Part shown: positions 46,075-55,784 of the stretch, one piece after another | Numbering within the stretch: the stretch's first letter is position 1 | Layout of the letters: each line of letters begins with the position of its first letter | Virus record (IMG/VR): IMGVR_UViG_3300020577_010882 | Span: 225 to 64,224 of that record | Reading direction: 5' to 3' (one strand) | Length of the DNA stretch: 64,000 nt | DNA from: a virus | Taxonomy: Duplodnaviria > Caudoviricetes | Position numbers and translations under genes: made by a program | The notes under the pieces: model-generated | What the model was told of the DNA's origin: nothing | The model's database searches: none | Seen by the model: the letters and a program-made list of their open reading frames with translations, nothing else

Positions 46075-46548
46075 ATGGCGAACTTCGTCTTCAACATCGC
46101 AAAGGGCCGCGTGGCCGAGTACGTGAACCGGGTGAAGTCGAACGACCCGGCGAACTCCGCGCTCATCATGCTCGTGCTCGCGACCTCGGGGCTGGAGTCG
46201 GACGCCACGCTCCTCGACAAGGACGATGTGGCCGCGCTCGTGTCCGGCACGACGAACGAGGTGACGAACTCGGGCTATGCGAGGAAGACGCTCACCGACG
46301 CCGACATCGCGGCCATCGCGCCGGACGACACGAACGACCGCATGGATGTGGACATCCCGGACCAGACGTGGTCGGCGGTGGCGGCTGGCGACGGCTGGTC
46401 GAAGATCGTGATCGCGTACGACCCGGACACGACCGGCGGCACGGACTCGGCGATCATCCCGCTCACCGCGCACGACTTCGTGGTGACTCCGGACGGCTCC
46501 GACATCACCGCGCAGATCGCGGCGGCTGGCTTCTTCCGGGCGGCCTGA
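46075..46548 (+). CDS. putative structural protein
   Basis: TNEV....YARKTL...D..D.TW...; Asp/Thr-rich. Confidence 0.75.
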   Translation: MANFVFNIAKGRVAEYVNRVKSNDPANSALIMLVLATSGLESDATLLDKDDVAALVSGTTNEVTNSGYARKTLTDADIAAIAPDDTNDRMDVDIPDQTWSAVAAGDGWSKIVIAYDPDTTGGTDSAIIPLTAHDFVVTPDGSDITAQIAAAGFFRAA

Positions 46549-46736
46549 TGCCGCTCGCGCACAACTGGACGGTGCTGCGAGAGACCGAGCAGGACGTGGT
46601 CTTCTCGTGCGCCAACTGCCAGAAGGAGATCGGCTTCAACAAGGAAGGCGTCGGCGAGCCGTGCGCGCGCATGGTGGACGGGCAGTGGGTGCCGTCCGAG
46701 AACCCCGAGACGTGGGTGGGTCCGTGCATCGACTAG
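46548..46736 (+). CDS. small Cys-containing protein
   Basis: CANC...C...C; ATGA-coupled. Confidence 0.55.
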   Translation: MPLAHNWTVLRETEQDVVFSCANCQKEIGFNKEGVGEPCARMVDGQWVPSENPETWVGPCID

Positions 46737-47944
46737 CCGACAGCCGCGGCAAGTCCACGCACTCGGGCCAGCTTGCGCGCTGGCTCGGCGAGGAGCACGT
46801 CGCGACGATCTCGCGGCAGATGCGCAACTTCTACTGGCCGGTCGCGCTGCACGGCGTGCCGGGCCGCGTGTACTGCATGCCGGGTGGCGACTTCGCCGGC
46901 AAGATCGAGGGCGGCTCGTTCATGTCCGCCTTCGACCGGGCCGAGGCCACGGTCGCGCGCTGGCAGCGCGAGCAGCGCGCGAAGCTCGCCGCTCACCGCA
47001 TCGCGCAGGACATGGCGCTGCGAGCGAGGATGGACCGCAGGGCGCACGCCTTCGCGTCGCTCTCGGCGCTGGTGGCGGCGGGGTCGAACCCGGGCAAGAC
47101 GTACGACTACAGGTTCCAGAAGACCGGCGTCGCGTCGAACGCGGTCGGCAACGCGAACGATCTCTGGATGCGCGGCGGATTCCCGGGTGCGGGCGCGGCC
47201 GGCTCCGGCGCTCCGGGCGGCAAGGCGTGGAGTTCCGCCGACACCGGGCCGATCCCGGGCTATCGCAACGGCGTGACGACGGACTCGAACCACTTCGCGT
47301 CCGGGTGGGTGACGGCGAGCGTCATCAACAACTCGCTCCTCCTGTACGACCGCCTGTTCAGTGTCGCGAAGACGATGAACAGCACCACGACCGAGGCAGT
47401 GACCGGCGTGCCGACGCGCTACCAGAGCGCGACGACGACGGATGTCGAATACGCGGGCGGCAACTTCATCACGGTCTCGAACCCGACGACGGTGCTCGCG
47501 GCGACGGCGCACAACATCACGGCGGCCTCGACGGCGGTGTGGACGTACACGAATCAGGCCGGCACGACTAGCAAGAACCTGAACCACAACGGCACGGCGA
47601 TCCAGACGCTCGCGGGCGTGTCGGCGTGCGTGGTGGGCGGCGTCGATCTTGCGGTGGGCAATTGGTTCATCCCGCTCGCCGCTGGCGACGTGGGCATCAA
47701 GGCGCTCACGCAGATGCAGCTTTCGGCTGCGGTGGCGACGGGCACGCTCGACGCGGTGATCGGCCATCCCATCGCGGTGTTCCCGTGCCCGGCGGCGAAC
47801 CTCGCGTGCCCGGTGGATGGCGTGAACACCGCGTTCAACTTGACGACGATCCTCGACGATGCGGCGCTCGCGTTCCTCGAACTCCCGAAGCCGGCGACGA
47901 CGGCGACGAACTACAGCGGGCAGGTCACGGTCGTCAGCGAGTAA
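46724..47944 (+). CDS. putative structural/fibre protein
   Basis: T/A/G/N-rich beta-type composition; start uncertain. Confidence 0.75.
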   Translation: MHRLADSRGKSTHSGQLARWLGEEHVATISRQMRNFYWPVALHGVPGRVYCMPGGDFAGKIEGGSFMSAFDRAEATVARWQREQRAKLAAHRIAQDMALRARMDRRAHAFASLSALVAAGSNPGKTYDYRFQKTGVASNAVGNANDLWMRGGFPGAGAAGSGAPGGKAWSSADTGPIPGYRNGVTTDSNHFASGWVTASVINNSLLLYDRLFSVAKTMNSTTTEAVTGVPTRYQSATTTDVEYAGGNFITVSNPTTVLAATAHNITAASTAVWTYTNQAGTTSKNLNHNGTAIQTLAGVSACVVGGVDLAVGNWFIPLAAGDVGIKALTQMQLSAAVATGTLDAVIGHPIAVFPCPAANLACPVDGVNTAFNLTTILDDAALAFLELPKPATTATNYSGQVTVVSE

Positions 47945-47953
47945 GGGCCGCTC

Positions 47954-49141
47954 GTGATCCGCCAGTTCCTGCGGGGCATCCGGTGGAACCCGCTGTCGTT
48001 CAAGCGCCCGGCCGCTGACGGCGGTCTCGACACCGATGGTTTCCTGCCAGCGGAGAACCCATCCACCGGGATCTCCGCATCGCTCGGGCAGGCGAGCGAG
48101 ACCGACACCGCGCAGGCGATCTCGGTCAACCCGAATCGTCGCCTAGTCGTCCAAGCGTCGGAGACGGACACCGCGCAAGCTGTTGCGCGAGTGAAGACGA
48201 AGGCCGTCGCGCAAGCGAGCGAGACGGATACGGCGCAGAGCATCGCGCGCGTGAAGACGAAGGCCGTGGGTCAGGCGAGCGAGACGGAGACTGCGCTCGC
48301 GATCACGGCTCGAAAGACGGTGGCGCTCGGGCAATCGAGCGAGACGGACACTGCGCAGGCGATCACGCGCAAGACGGGGATCTCGGCGACGCTCGGTCAG
48401 GCGTCGGAGACCGACACCGCTCAGGCGCTCGCGAGCACGAAGACGAAGGCGCTCTCGCAGGCGACGGAGACCGACTCCTCGCAGGCGATCACGCGCGTGA
48501 AGTCGAAGGCCGTGGCGCAGGCCACCGAGACCGACGCTGCTCAGGCGATCATGGCGCTGAAGTCGCGCGCGCTCGTGCAGGCGACGGAGACCGACTCCGC
48601 ACAAGCGCTTGCACGGACGAAGACGAAGGGCGTCGCGCAGGCGGTCGAGACGGAGACCGCGCAGCCGATCACGGCGCTGAAGGCGAAGGCCCTCGGGCAG
48701 GCGAGCGAGTCGGATACCGCGCAGACGATCACGAGGTCGGTGGCGACCATCGTGGCGCTCGGCATCGCGACCGAGACGGAGATCGCGCAGGACGTTGTCG
48801 CGCTCATCACGCGCATCCAGACCGGAAGCGCGGGCGGCCCCGACGACGACGAGAAGTTCTTCGAGAGACAACGGGCGCACGGCAAGCATCTCTACGAGAA
48901 GCCTGCGCCGAAGGCTGCACCCCCGGCCCGCGCCGAGGTCGCTTCTCCTCCTCCTCCTCGTGTCGCGGCCGAGGTTGCGGAGCCGGGCGGTGCGCCGGCA
49001 GATCCACGCGTCGGCATCGACGTGCTCCAAGCCTCGCAGCGCTCCGCCGAGATTGCGGCGGAGGCTATCGCGAAGGCGGCGCGCGACGCCGAGGACGAGC
49101 AGATCGCCGCGGTGATCGCCGCGCTGCTGATCGAAGACTGA
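47954..49141 (+). CDS. protein with 12 tandem ~20-aa QAxETDTAQAI repeats
   Basis: Repeats at ~48085-48790. Confidence 0.85.
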   Translation: MIRQFLRGIRWNPLSFKRPAADGGLDTDGFLPAENPSTGISASLGQASETDTAQAISVNPNRRLVVQASETDTAQAVARVKTKAVAQASETDTAQSIARVKTKAVGQASETETALAITARKTVALGQSSETDTAQAITRKTGISATLGQASETDTAQALASTKTKALSQATETDSSQAITRVKSKAVAQATETDAAQAIMALKSRALVQATETDSAQALARTKTKGVAQAVETETAQPITALKAKALGQASESDTAQTITRSVATIVALGIATETEIAQDVVALITRIQTGSAGGPDDDEKFFERQRAHGKHLYEKPAPKAAPPARAEVASPPPPRVAAEVAEPGGAPADPRVGIDVLQASQRSAEIAAEAIAKAARDAEDEQIAAVIAALLIED

Positions 49142-49142
49142 A

Positions 49143-49240
49143 CCCGGAGTACGGCTCCGGCAACGAGTAGCAGAAAGCCATGCCCGCGCGTGCTCGGCAC
49201 CGCGTGATGCGTGAGTAGCGACACGCCTCGTTGCCGGCGC
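49143..49240 (+). promoter_or_regulatory. structured element upstream of the scaffold gene
   Basis: CCGGCAACGAG 49157-49167 pairs with CTCGTTGCCGG 49227-49237, enclosing two hairpins. Confidence 0.5.
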
Positions 49241-49362
49241 TGCCGGACCACACAGATCAAGTTCGCTTCACCCGAGCGATAGAGGGTGCGCGCTCACGTG
49301 CGCGTAATCGCGTGACGGTCCCGGCCGATCCGGTACGCACTCCTGAGTCGATAGAGGGAAAC

Positions 49363-50544
49363 GTGGCAACCACCGAAGAAGGAATGTCGTTCCAACAACT
49401 GCTTGACAAAGACCCCGCAAGCCTTCCCGAAGACCCCGCCGAGATTGCTGCGCTCCTCGACGCTGGCACCGCCCCCACGGGCGATGCGACGTACGTGGAT
49501 CCAGCGGACGACGGCAAGCTGACGGACGGCGACGACGCTGCGAAAGCGGCGGCGGATGCGGCGGCCAAAGCCGAGGCGGATGCGAAGGCGCAAGCCGACG
49601 CCGATGCGCAGGCGAAGGCCGACGCGGAAGCGAAGGCGAAGGCCGATGCCGATGCGAAGGCGCAAGCCGACGCGCAGGCGAAGGCGCAGGCCGACGCGGA
49701 AGCGGGCAGGGAGAAGGTCGATGGCGTGCTTGCGAAGGACAACAAGCACGTCCTGCCCTACGCGGTGCTGGAGAAGGAGCGCGCTGCTCGCGCGGAAGCC
49801 GAGCGTCGTGCGACGGAACTGGCGGCGCAAGTCGAATCCCTGACCAAGAAGGGCGACGACAAGGGCGGCAACGCCGCGACCGAGACGGAGATCGCCGATC
49901 TCACGGCACAGGCGGAAGCACTCGCCGAGCAGGTGCCCGAGGTCGGAGCGCCGATGAAGGCGATCATCACCAAGCTGCAAGCGCTTGCGGACACCGTGCA
50001 AGACCTCCGCGCCGAGCGTGAACAGCGCGTTGCCGTCGAGACGAAGACGGCGGCGCAGGTGGTGAACGAGGCCATCGAGTCGATCCCGACGCTCCTCTAC
50101 ATCAAGACCGAGAAGCCCGACCTGTACGAGCGGGCCATCGAGATCGACAAGGCTCTTCGGGAAAGCAACCTGCCGTCGCTTCGCAACGCAACGCTCGCGA
50201 AGCGGTTCGAGAAGGTGGTGGAAGAACTCACCGCCGAGGTGGGCGCAATCGAGGTTCCGCCGCAGTACATCAAGACCGAGGTGAAGACGGGCGCGAAGCC
50301 CGCCGAGCCTCCTCCGGCTCCGAAGACGGATCCGGCGAAAGACGTGAAAGCAGGCTCCGAAGCGAAGCCGGGCGCGTCTCCCATGACGCTCTCGGATCTT
50401 CCGGGTGGAGCCTCTCCTACGACCAGCAAGGGCATCAGCGCGCTGTCGAACTACGACGCGGATCAGGCGATCAACCGCCTGATGGATCGTGGAGTCAACG
50501 ATCCGTTCGCGATCTTGGCGGCGCTGGAGCAGCAGCCGGAGTAG
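49363..50544 (+). CDS. capsid scaffolding protein
   Basis: GAGGG SD + GTG; AKAQADA repeats, coiled coil, directly before the capsid gene. Confidence 0.75.
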   Translation: MATTEEGMSFQQLLDKDPASLPEDPAEIAALLDAGTAPTGDATYVDPADDGKLTDGDDAAKAAADAAAKAEADAKAQADADAQAKADAEAKAKADADAKAQADAQAKAQADAEAGREKVDGVLAKDNKHVLPYAVLEKERAARAEAERRATELAAQVESLTKKGDDKGGNAATETEIADLTAQAEALAEQVPEVGAPMKAIITKLQALADTVQDLRAEREQRVAVETKTAAQVVNEAIESIPTLLYIKTEKPDLYERAIEIDKALRESNLPSLRNATLAKRFEKVVEELTAEVGAIEVPPQYIKTEVKTGAKPAEPPPAPKTDPAKDVKAGSEAKPGASPMTLSDLPGGASPTTSKGISALSNYDADQAINRLMDRGVNDPFAILAALEQQPE

Positions 50545-50603
50545 GACGCGTCCGTCACGCGACCCTAGAGCACAACAACCCGAAACCACTCTAGGAGAAC
50601 ACC

Positions 50604-51884
50604 ATGCAGACCAGCGTCCCCAACGGGGCATCCATCGCCGTCAAGAGCTACTCGGTCGCGCTCTTCGCGGTGACGCAGCGTGCGAACTCGCTGCTCAAGA
50701 ACATGACCGGCGAAGCGCCGAAGCAGTCCGCTGCCGAGGCGAAGCTGAAGGGCCAGTCCAGCCCGGACATGCCAGTCGTGCGAGTGACCGACCTGTCGAA
50801 GACGGCGGGCGACACCGTGTCGATGGACATGTTCAACACCATCGGTGGCAAGCCGATGGTGGGCGACGTGAACGCCGAGGGCAAGGGCGACAAGCTCACG
50901 TGGTCGAGCAAGGACGCGAAGATCAACCTGATGACGAAGGTGATCGACGCGGGCGGCAAGATGACGCAGCAGCGCACCGTGCACCAGCTTCGCGGCCTCG
51001 CGATGGCGAACCTGATGGGCTACTTCCCCCGTCTGGAGACGCAGCAGATGCTCGTGCACCTCGCGGGCGCCCGCGGCTTCCAGCAGGGCAACGATTGGGT
51101 CGTTCCGCTCCAGTCCGACGCCGACTTCGCCGACATCATGGTGAACGACGTGCTGGCGCCGTCGTACAACCGGCACTACGTGGTGAACGGCGCCGGCCTC
51201 ACGCAGGGCGGAGCGCAACTCGGCTCCATCGCCACCACCGACGTGCTCAAGCTGTCGCACCTCGACGAACTGCGCGAGATCATCGACGACATGGAGTACC
51301 CGCTCCAGCCGATCAAGATCGCCGACGACCCGGCCGCGGCCGACGAGCCGATGTACATGTTCCTCGTCTCGCCGAAGATGTACGCGTCGCTGCTGGCGGA
51401 CACCACGTCGAACGCGAATGTCCGTGCGTTCCAGCAGAACGCGTGGAACCGCGCAAGCTACGGCTCGAAGCACCCGCTGTTCAAGGGCGAGGTCGGCATG
51501 TGGAACGGGATCCTCGTGCGCAAGATGCCGCGCGCGATCCGCTTCACCACCGGCCAGTCCACGAACATCGTGACCTCGGCCAACCGCCTGACGGCGGCCG
51601 AGTCCTCGCAGTCCATCGCCGGGGCGATCACGTCGTCGTACTACGTCGAGCGCGGCCTGCTGCTCGGCGCGCAGGCCCTCGCCAATGTGTACGGCCGCAA
51701 TCAGTCCTCGGACTGGTACGCGTCGTTCATGGAGCGCCGCTACAACTTCGAGCGGAACTTCGAGGCGGCGGGCGACGTGATGAACGGGAAGGCGAAGGTG
51801 CGCTTCTCGATCCCGGACGGCAGCGGCAACTTCGAGCCGACCGACCTCGGCGTCATGGTGGTGGACGCCACCGTCGCGGCCTAA
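50604..51884 (+). CDS. major capsid protein (N4-gp56/DUF4043-like)
   Basis: DLSKTAGDTV...EG.G...HPLFKGEVGMWNGILV...LLGAQAL. Confidence 0.9.
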   Translation: MQTSVPNGASIAVKSYSVALFAVTQRANSLLKNMTGEAPKQSAAEAKLKGQSSPDMPVVRVTDLSKTAGDTVSMDMFNTIGGKPMVGDVNAEGKGDKLTWSSKDAKINLMTKVIDAGGKMTQQRTVHQLRGLAMANLMGYFPRLETQQMLVHLAGARGFQQGNDWVVPLQSDADFADIMVNDVLAPSYNRHYVVNGAGLTQGGAQLGSIATTDVLKLSHLDELREIIDDMEYPLQPIKIADDPAAADEPMYMFLVSPKMYASLLADTTSNANVRAFQQNAWNRASYGSKHPLFKGEVGMWNGILVRKMPRAIRFTTGQSTNIVTSANRLTAAESSQSIAGAITSSYYVERGLLLGAQALANVYGRNQSSDWYASFMERRYNFERNFEAAGDVMNGKAKVRFSIPDGSGNFEPTDLGVMVVDATVAA

Positions 51885-51982
51885 GCGCAAGCGACAACCG
51901 CTCGGCCGATCTAGCGGTCGGCCGGGCACCCACGAAATCGCAGTAATCGGGCATCCCCCGAACATCGTAAGGAGAAGTACAC

Positions 51983-52438
51983 ATGACGACCCACAGCGCA
52001 AGCGATCTGCTGACCAAGCCGAAGCACCTCGGCCAGTACGGCGAGGCGAACATCGCGCACGGCAAGGTGGCGCCCTCGGCGGCGGCGCTCAACGACGTGA
52101 TCCGGCCCTGCATCATCCCGGCCGGCTCGGAGGTGAGCGCCATCATCCTCGCGAACGACGACCTCGACTCGAACGGCACCCCGCTGCTCGCGGTCAAGAT
52201 CGGCTACACGCCCGTGAACTCGGGCGACGGTTCGCTGGTGGCGGACGACGACTACTTCGTCGCGGCCGGCGACACCACGCTGCAAGCCGCCAACGGCGGC
52301 AAGGTGTTCGCGAAGTTCACGCCGAAGAAGTTCGAGCAGGACGTGTACCTCGACATCACCGTCTCGGCCGCCGCGGCGACGTTCGCTGCCGGCACGGTGT
52401 ACGCGCAGGCGCTCGGCCGCAACGTCGGCGTGAAGTAA
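51983..52438 (+). CDS. capsid decoration/cement-like protein
   Basis: AAGGAG SD; IPAGS.V....DDLD..G.P.L...IG. Confidence 0.65.
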   Translation: MTTHSASDLLTKPKHLGQYGEANIAHGKVAPSAAALNDVIRPCIIPAGSEVSAIILANDDLDSNGTPLLAVKIGYTPVNSGDGSLVADDDYFVAAGDTTLQAANGGKVFAKFTPKKFEQDVYLDITVSAAAATFAAGTVYAQALGRNVGVK

Positions 52439-52510
52439 ACCGGGCCACCCGGAGAGGGCGCGGCCAGTGAACGCCGCGCCCCGTACGCTGCACAACGCAG
52501 CCCTCAAGGC

Positions 52511-52541
52511 TCCTCCGGTCCAGTGCCGGAGGGTCTTTTTT
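52511..52541 (+). terminator. intrinsic terminator
   Basis: TCCTCCGG/CCGGAGGG stem followed by TC-T6. Confidence 0.65.
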
Positions 52542-52552
52542 CGGAGCAACGC

Positions 52553-52936
52553 ATGGACACTGTGAAGATCCGCTACGTCGGCAAGAGCGCCCCCTACACC
52601 GACAGCCTCTTCGACACGGGCACGTGGTCGAAGCGCGGCGAGGTGAAGGAGGTGCCGCGCGAGGTGGCGCCGTTCATGCTCTACCACGACGACGTGTACC
52701 GCGATGCGCGTCCGGTGGTTGCTCGGAACAAGGATCCCATCGAGCCGAAGAAACGCGAGCGCAACTACCACGTGAAGAAGGACTTCGAGCCGCCGCTGCC
52801 GGCGCTCGCGTACATGACGAAGGGCGACATGGCGCGCTACAACTCCGTGAACTTCGGGGAGCAACTCGACCCCTCGAAGATGACGGCGCCGCAGATGCGA
52901 CAGAAGATCGTGTCGAACATGCGGGAGCGCGGCTGA
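52553..52936 (+). CDS. conserved phage head-region protein
   Basis: VKIRYVGK..PY.D.LF.TG.W. Confidence 0.7.
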   Translation: MDTVKIRYVGKSAPYTDSLFDTGTWSKRGEVKEVPREVAPFMLYHDDVYRDARPVVARNKDPIEPKKRERNYHVKKDFEPPLPALAYMTKGDMARYNSVNFGEQLDPSKMTAPQMRQKIVSNMRERG

Positions 52937-52937
52937 C

Positions 52938-54299
52938 GTGCTGAACGGGATCGGCATCTCGCCGGTTATTGCGCGCCGCGGCGGCGGCGTGGCGACCGAC
53001 CCGTATTGGGCGAGCGTGGTGTCGTTGCTGCAACTGAACTCCAGCCTAGCCGACGCGAAGGGGCGCGTGTGGACCGCGCAGGGCAACGCTGCGATCAGCG
53101 CCGGCAAGCTCGCCCTCGACGGAACGGGCGATGGTCTGTTGACGCCGCAGAGCGCGCAATTTAATTGGGGAACGAACGATTTCACCATCGAGGGATTCGT
53201 TCGCTTCGCGTCCGTATCAGGCACGCAATACCTGTTCGGATGCGGCGACAACTTCGGTGTCGGCAACCTGTACGTCGCGTGGAACTCTGGCGCCGGGAAG
53301 CTGCGCGTCGTGATGAACAACGCCTCGGTGATCGTTGACCAAACGTGGTCGCCAAGCGCCGGCGTCGATTACCACATCGAGATCACGCGGGTCGGCGGGA
53401 AGATTTACCACTTCATCAACGGCGTGAAGCTCGGCACCGAGGTCGCGGACGCGACGAACATCAACGCCCTCGGCGCGCAGATGGGCGTCGGCATCGGCAC
53501 GGATGGATCGAGCGGCGTAAACGGATCCGTTTGGGGCGTGCGCTACACGAACGGTGTCGGGCGACACAGCGCAGGCTTCACTCCGCCCGCGTTCCCGCTA
53601 CCGACGACAGACGGGCAGACCGACCCGTATTGGGCGAACGTCGTTGCGCTCCTCTACAACCAGCCGTTCGCCAACGGTACGACTGCGCTGGTGGATGGCA
53701 AGGGGCACATCTTCACGCCCACGGGGAACGCGCAGAACTCTACCTCGAATCCGCCGACTGGACTTGCCTCCTCGCGCCTATTCGATGGCGCGGGCGACTA
53801 CGACGAAACGCCGGACTCCTCCGATTGGGTGCTGAACGCTGGCGCGTGGACGATAGAGGCATACGTCAGGCCCGCGTCTGTCGTGGCAGGGCAAAAGTTG
53901 ATCTGGAACCAATGGGCGGTCGGTGCGCAGCACAGCCAATATCTGTCGTGGTCGCCGGGAACGACACTCGGCAAGTTTGAATGGATCGGAGACACGGCTC
54001 TTAGCGGCTCCGGCTATACCGTGACGATTGCTGACAACGTAGCGGCGAACGCGTGGCACCACATCGCCGTTTGCAGCGATGGCACGACCATCACCACGTT
54101 CTATGACGGCGCGGTTGCTGGCAGCACGACGCCAGCAAACATGCCGCCGGACTCCTCGCGTCCTCTTGCTATCGGCGGTTGGAGCGCTCTCGGTGGTTTC
54201 GACTTCAACGGACAAGTCGCCGGCTTCCGCTGGACGAAAGGCGTGCGCCGCTATACGGGCGCGTTCACCCCTCCCGCACTTCCCTATCCGATGGCGTGA
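52938..54299 (+). CDS. fibre with two LamG/concanavalin-like domains
   Basis: TDPYWAxVVxLL twice; FTIEGFV / WTIEAYV; R.T.GV.R...FTPP twice; lower GC3. Confidence 0.85.
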   Translation: MLNGIGISPVIARRGGGVATDPYWASVVSLLQLNSSLADAKGRVWTAQGNAAISAGKLALDGTGDGLLTPQSAQFNWGTNDFTIEGFVRFASVSGTQYLFGCGDNFGVGNLYVAWNSGAGKLRVVMNNASVIVDQTWSPSAGVDYHIEITRVGGKIYHFINGVKLGTEVADATNINALGAQMGVGIGTDGSSGVNGSVWGVRYTNGVGRHSAGFTPPAFPLPTTDGQTDPYWANVVALLYNQPFANGTTALVDGKGHIFTPTGNAQNSTSNPPTGLASSRLFDGAGDYDETPDSSDWVLNAGAWTIEAYVRPASVVAGQKLIWNQWAVGAQHSQYLSWSPGTTLGKFEWIGDTALSGSGYTVTIADNVAANAWHHIAVCSDGTTITTFYDGAVAGSTTPANMPPDSSRPLAIGGWSALGGFDFNGQVAGFRWTKGVRRYTGAFTPPALPYPMA

Positions 54300-54301
54300 C
54301 C

Positions 54302-54508
54302 ATGACCAACTACACGACGTATTGGGTGCCGCAAGCCGGCGCCGACCTCGAAGCGCTGCGCGCGCAGCACCAGCGCGCGTTCCCCGGGAATCAACTCGCC
54401 GTGGTGGGCGGCCACGTGAAGGTCGCCGTGCTCGACGGCGAGACGCCGCCGCCCGGCGCGGTGCAGGCTATCCCCGTTCAACTGCCGACCGGCAACGTGC
54501 CGGTGTAA
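54302..54508 (+). CDS. hypothetical protein
   Basis: Coupled ORF. Confidence 0.6.
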   Translation: MTNYTTYWVPQAGADLEALRAQHQRAFPGNQLAVVGGHVKVAVLDGETPPPGAVQAIPVQLPTGNVPV

Positions 54509-54517
54509 GGAGAGACC

Positions 54518-54781
54518 ATGCCCGACAAGTTCAAGCGCGCAGGATTCGGCGACATCGCCCCGGCCCGCGGCGGATTCGCGATCACGCCGCACGCCTCGAA
54601 CCCCGTGACTCGCGTGACGCGCGCGGTGTGGGTCGGCGGTGCCGGCGACCTCGTGGTCCGGATGGAGGCCGACGACGCCGACGTGACGTTCACGGGCGTT
54701 CCGGCCGGCACGCTGCTCCCCATCGCCGTGACGCACGTGCGCGCCACCTCCACCGCCACGAGCATCGTCGGCATCGACTGA
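54518..54781 (+). CDS. head spike base-like protein (RcGTA Rcc01079 type)
   Basis: FAITP....V.RAVWVGGAGDL.V...VTF..VPAGTLLPI.V..V.AT.TAT.IV. Confidence 0.75.
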   Translation: MPDKFKRAGFGDIAPARGGFAITPHASNPVTRVTRAVWVGGAGDLVVRMEADDADVTFTGVPAGTLLPIAVTHVRATSTATSIVGID

Positions 54782-54782
54782 C

Positions 54783-55121
54783 ATGGCGCTCACCATCGGC
54801 AGCGCGATTGACCTCGCGCGCATCGACCTGAACGACACCGAGAGCGACGGCTATCGCAACTCGGACCCCGACATGTTGAAGCACGCGAACGCGGCGCTGC
54901 TGATGGTCTTCAACCGAGCGCCGCACCTGTGGCACGGCCAGTGGGACAACGAGCCGACTGGCGAGCTTGCCGCCGATGCTGCGTGGCCGATCCACCAGAT
55001 GTACCTCAAGCCCGTGGCCGACATCATCACGGCGCTCGCGGAGACGAAGGATGACGAGCACGTGGACTCCGGCCGTGTCGGTGCGCTCATCGAGCGCGCA
55101 ATGGCGCAGGTGATCGCCTGA
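54783..55121 (+). CDS. putative head-tail adaptor
   Basis: LARIDLND...R.SD..L...N; position. Confidence 0.55.
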   Translation: MALTIGSAIDLARIDLNDTESDGYRNSDPDMLKHANAALLMVFNRAPHLWHGQWDNEPTGELAADAAWPIHQMYLKPVADIITALAETKDDEHVDSGRVGALIERAMAQVIA

Positions 55122-55783
55122 TGCCGCAGATCACCTACACGCTCGTCGATCTCGACGGCTTCTACGACCACATCCTCCCCGAGATCCCGGGCTACGTTCG
55201 CACGCTCGTGGATCAGGAGATCCTCTCGGTCTGCAACGACTTCTGCATGCGTACGCGGCTGTGGCGCGAGACGACGACGCTCGACGTGGTGGAAGGCGAC
55301 GCGACGTACGTCGTCACCCCGGCGAGCACGGCGCTCTTCATGGAGGTGCGCTACGCCGAGTACAACGGCAAGAAGCTCGACGTGTTCACGGTGGAGCAGA
55401 TCGACAGCGACCCGACCTTCGAGGGCTGGCGCACGAAGACCGGAGAGCCGGAGGCGGTCGTCGTGGTGGACGAGGACGAGGTGCTGCTCTATCCGATCCC
55501 GAACGCCGACCTCGCGAGCGGACTCGTGATCGAGTCGATCATGGCGACGGCGCCGGACGCAACGCAGGTGCCGAACTTCCTCGTGACGCGGCACCACGAC
55601 ACCATCGCGGCAGGCGTCAAGGCGAACCTCATGGCGATGGGCAAGAAGCCGTGGACGGATCGCGACATGTCGCAGAAGTACGCCGCCGACTACGAGGGCG
55701 GCGTGAGCAAGGCCGCGTGGCGTCAGGCCCTCGGCCGCACCCGCATGCCGGCCCGCACAACCGTTTGCCACAAGGTGAGGTGA
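55121..55783 (+). CDS. putative adaptor/tail tubular protein A
   Basis: FC.RT.LW...LYP.P...I..G....L..M..KPW.D. Confidence 0.7.
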   Translation: MPQITYTLVDLDGFYDHILPEIPGYVRTLVDQEILSVCNDFCMRTRLWRETTTLDVVEGDATYVVTPASTALFMEVRYAEYNGKKLDVFTVEQIDSDPTFEGWRTKTGEPEAVVVVDEDEVLLYPIPNADLASGLVIESIMATAPDATQVPNFLVTRHHDTIAAGVKANLMAMGKKPWTDRDMSQKYAADYEGGVSKAAWRQALGRTRMPARTTVCHKVR

Positions 55784-55784
55784 C

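Noticed and set aside
51899-51926. Terminator after the capsid gene
   Set aside because: Strong hairpin but no U-tract, so it is not called as an intrinsic terminator
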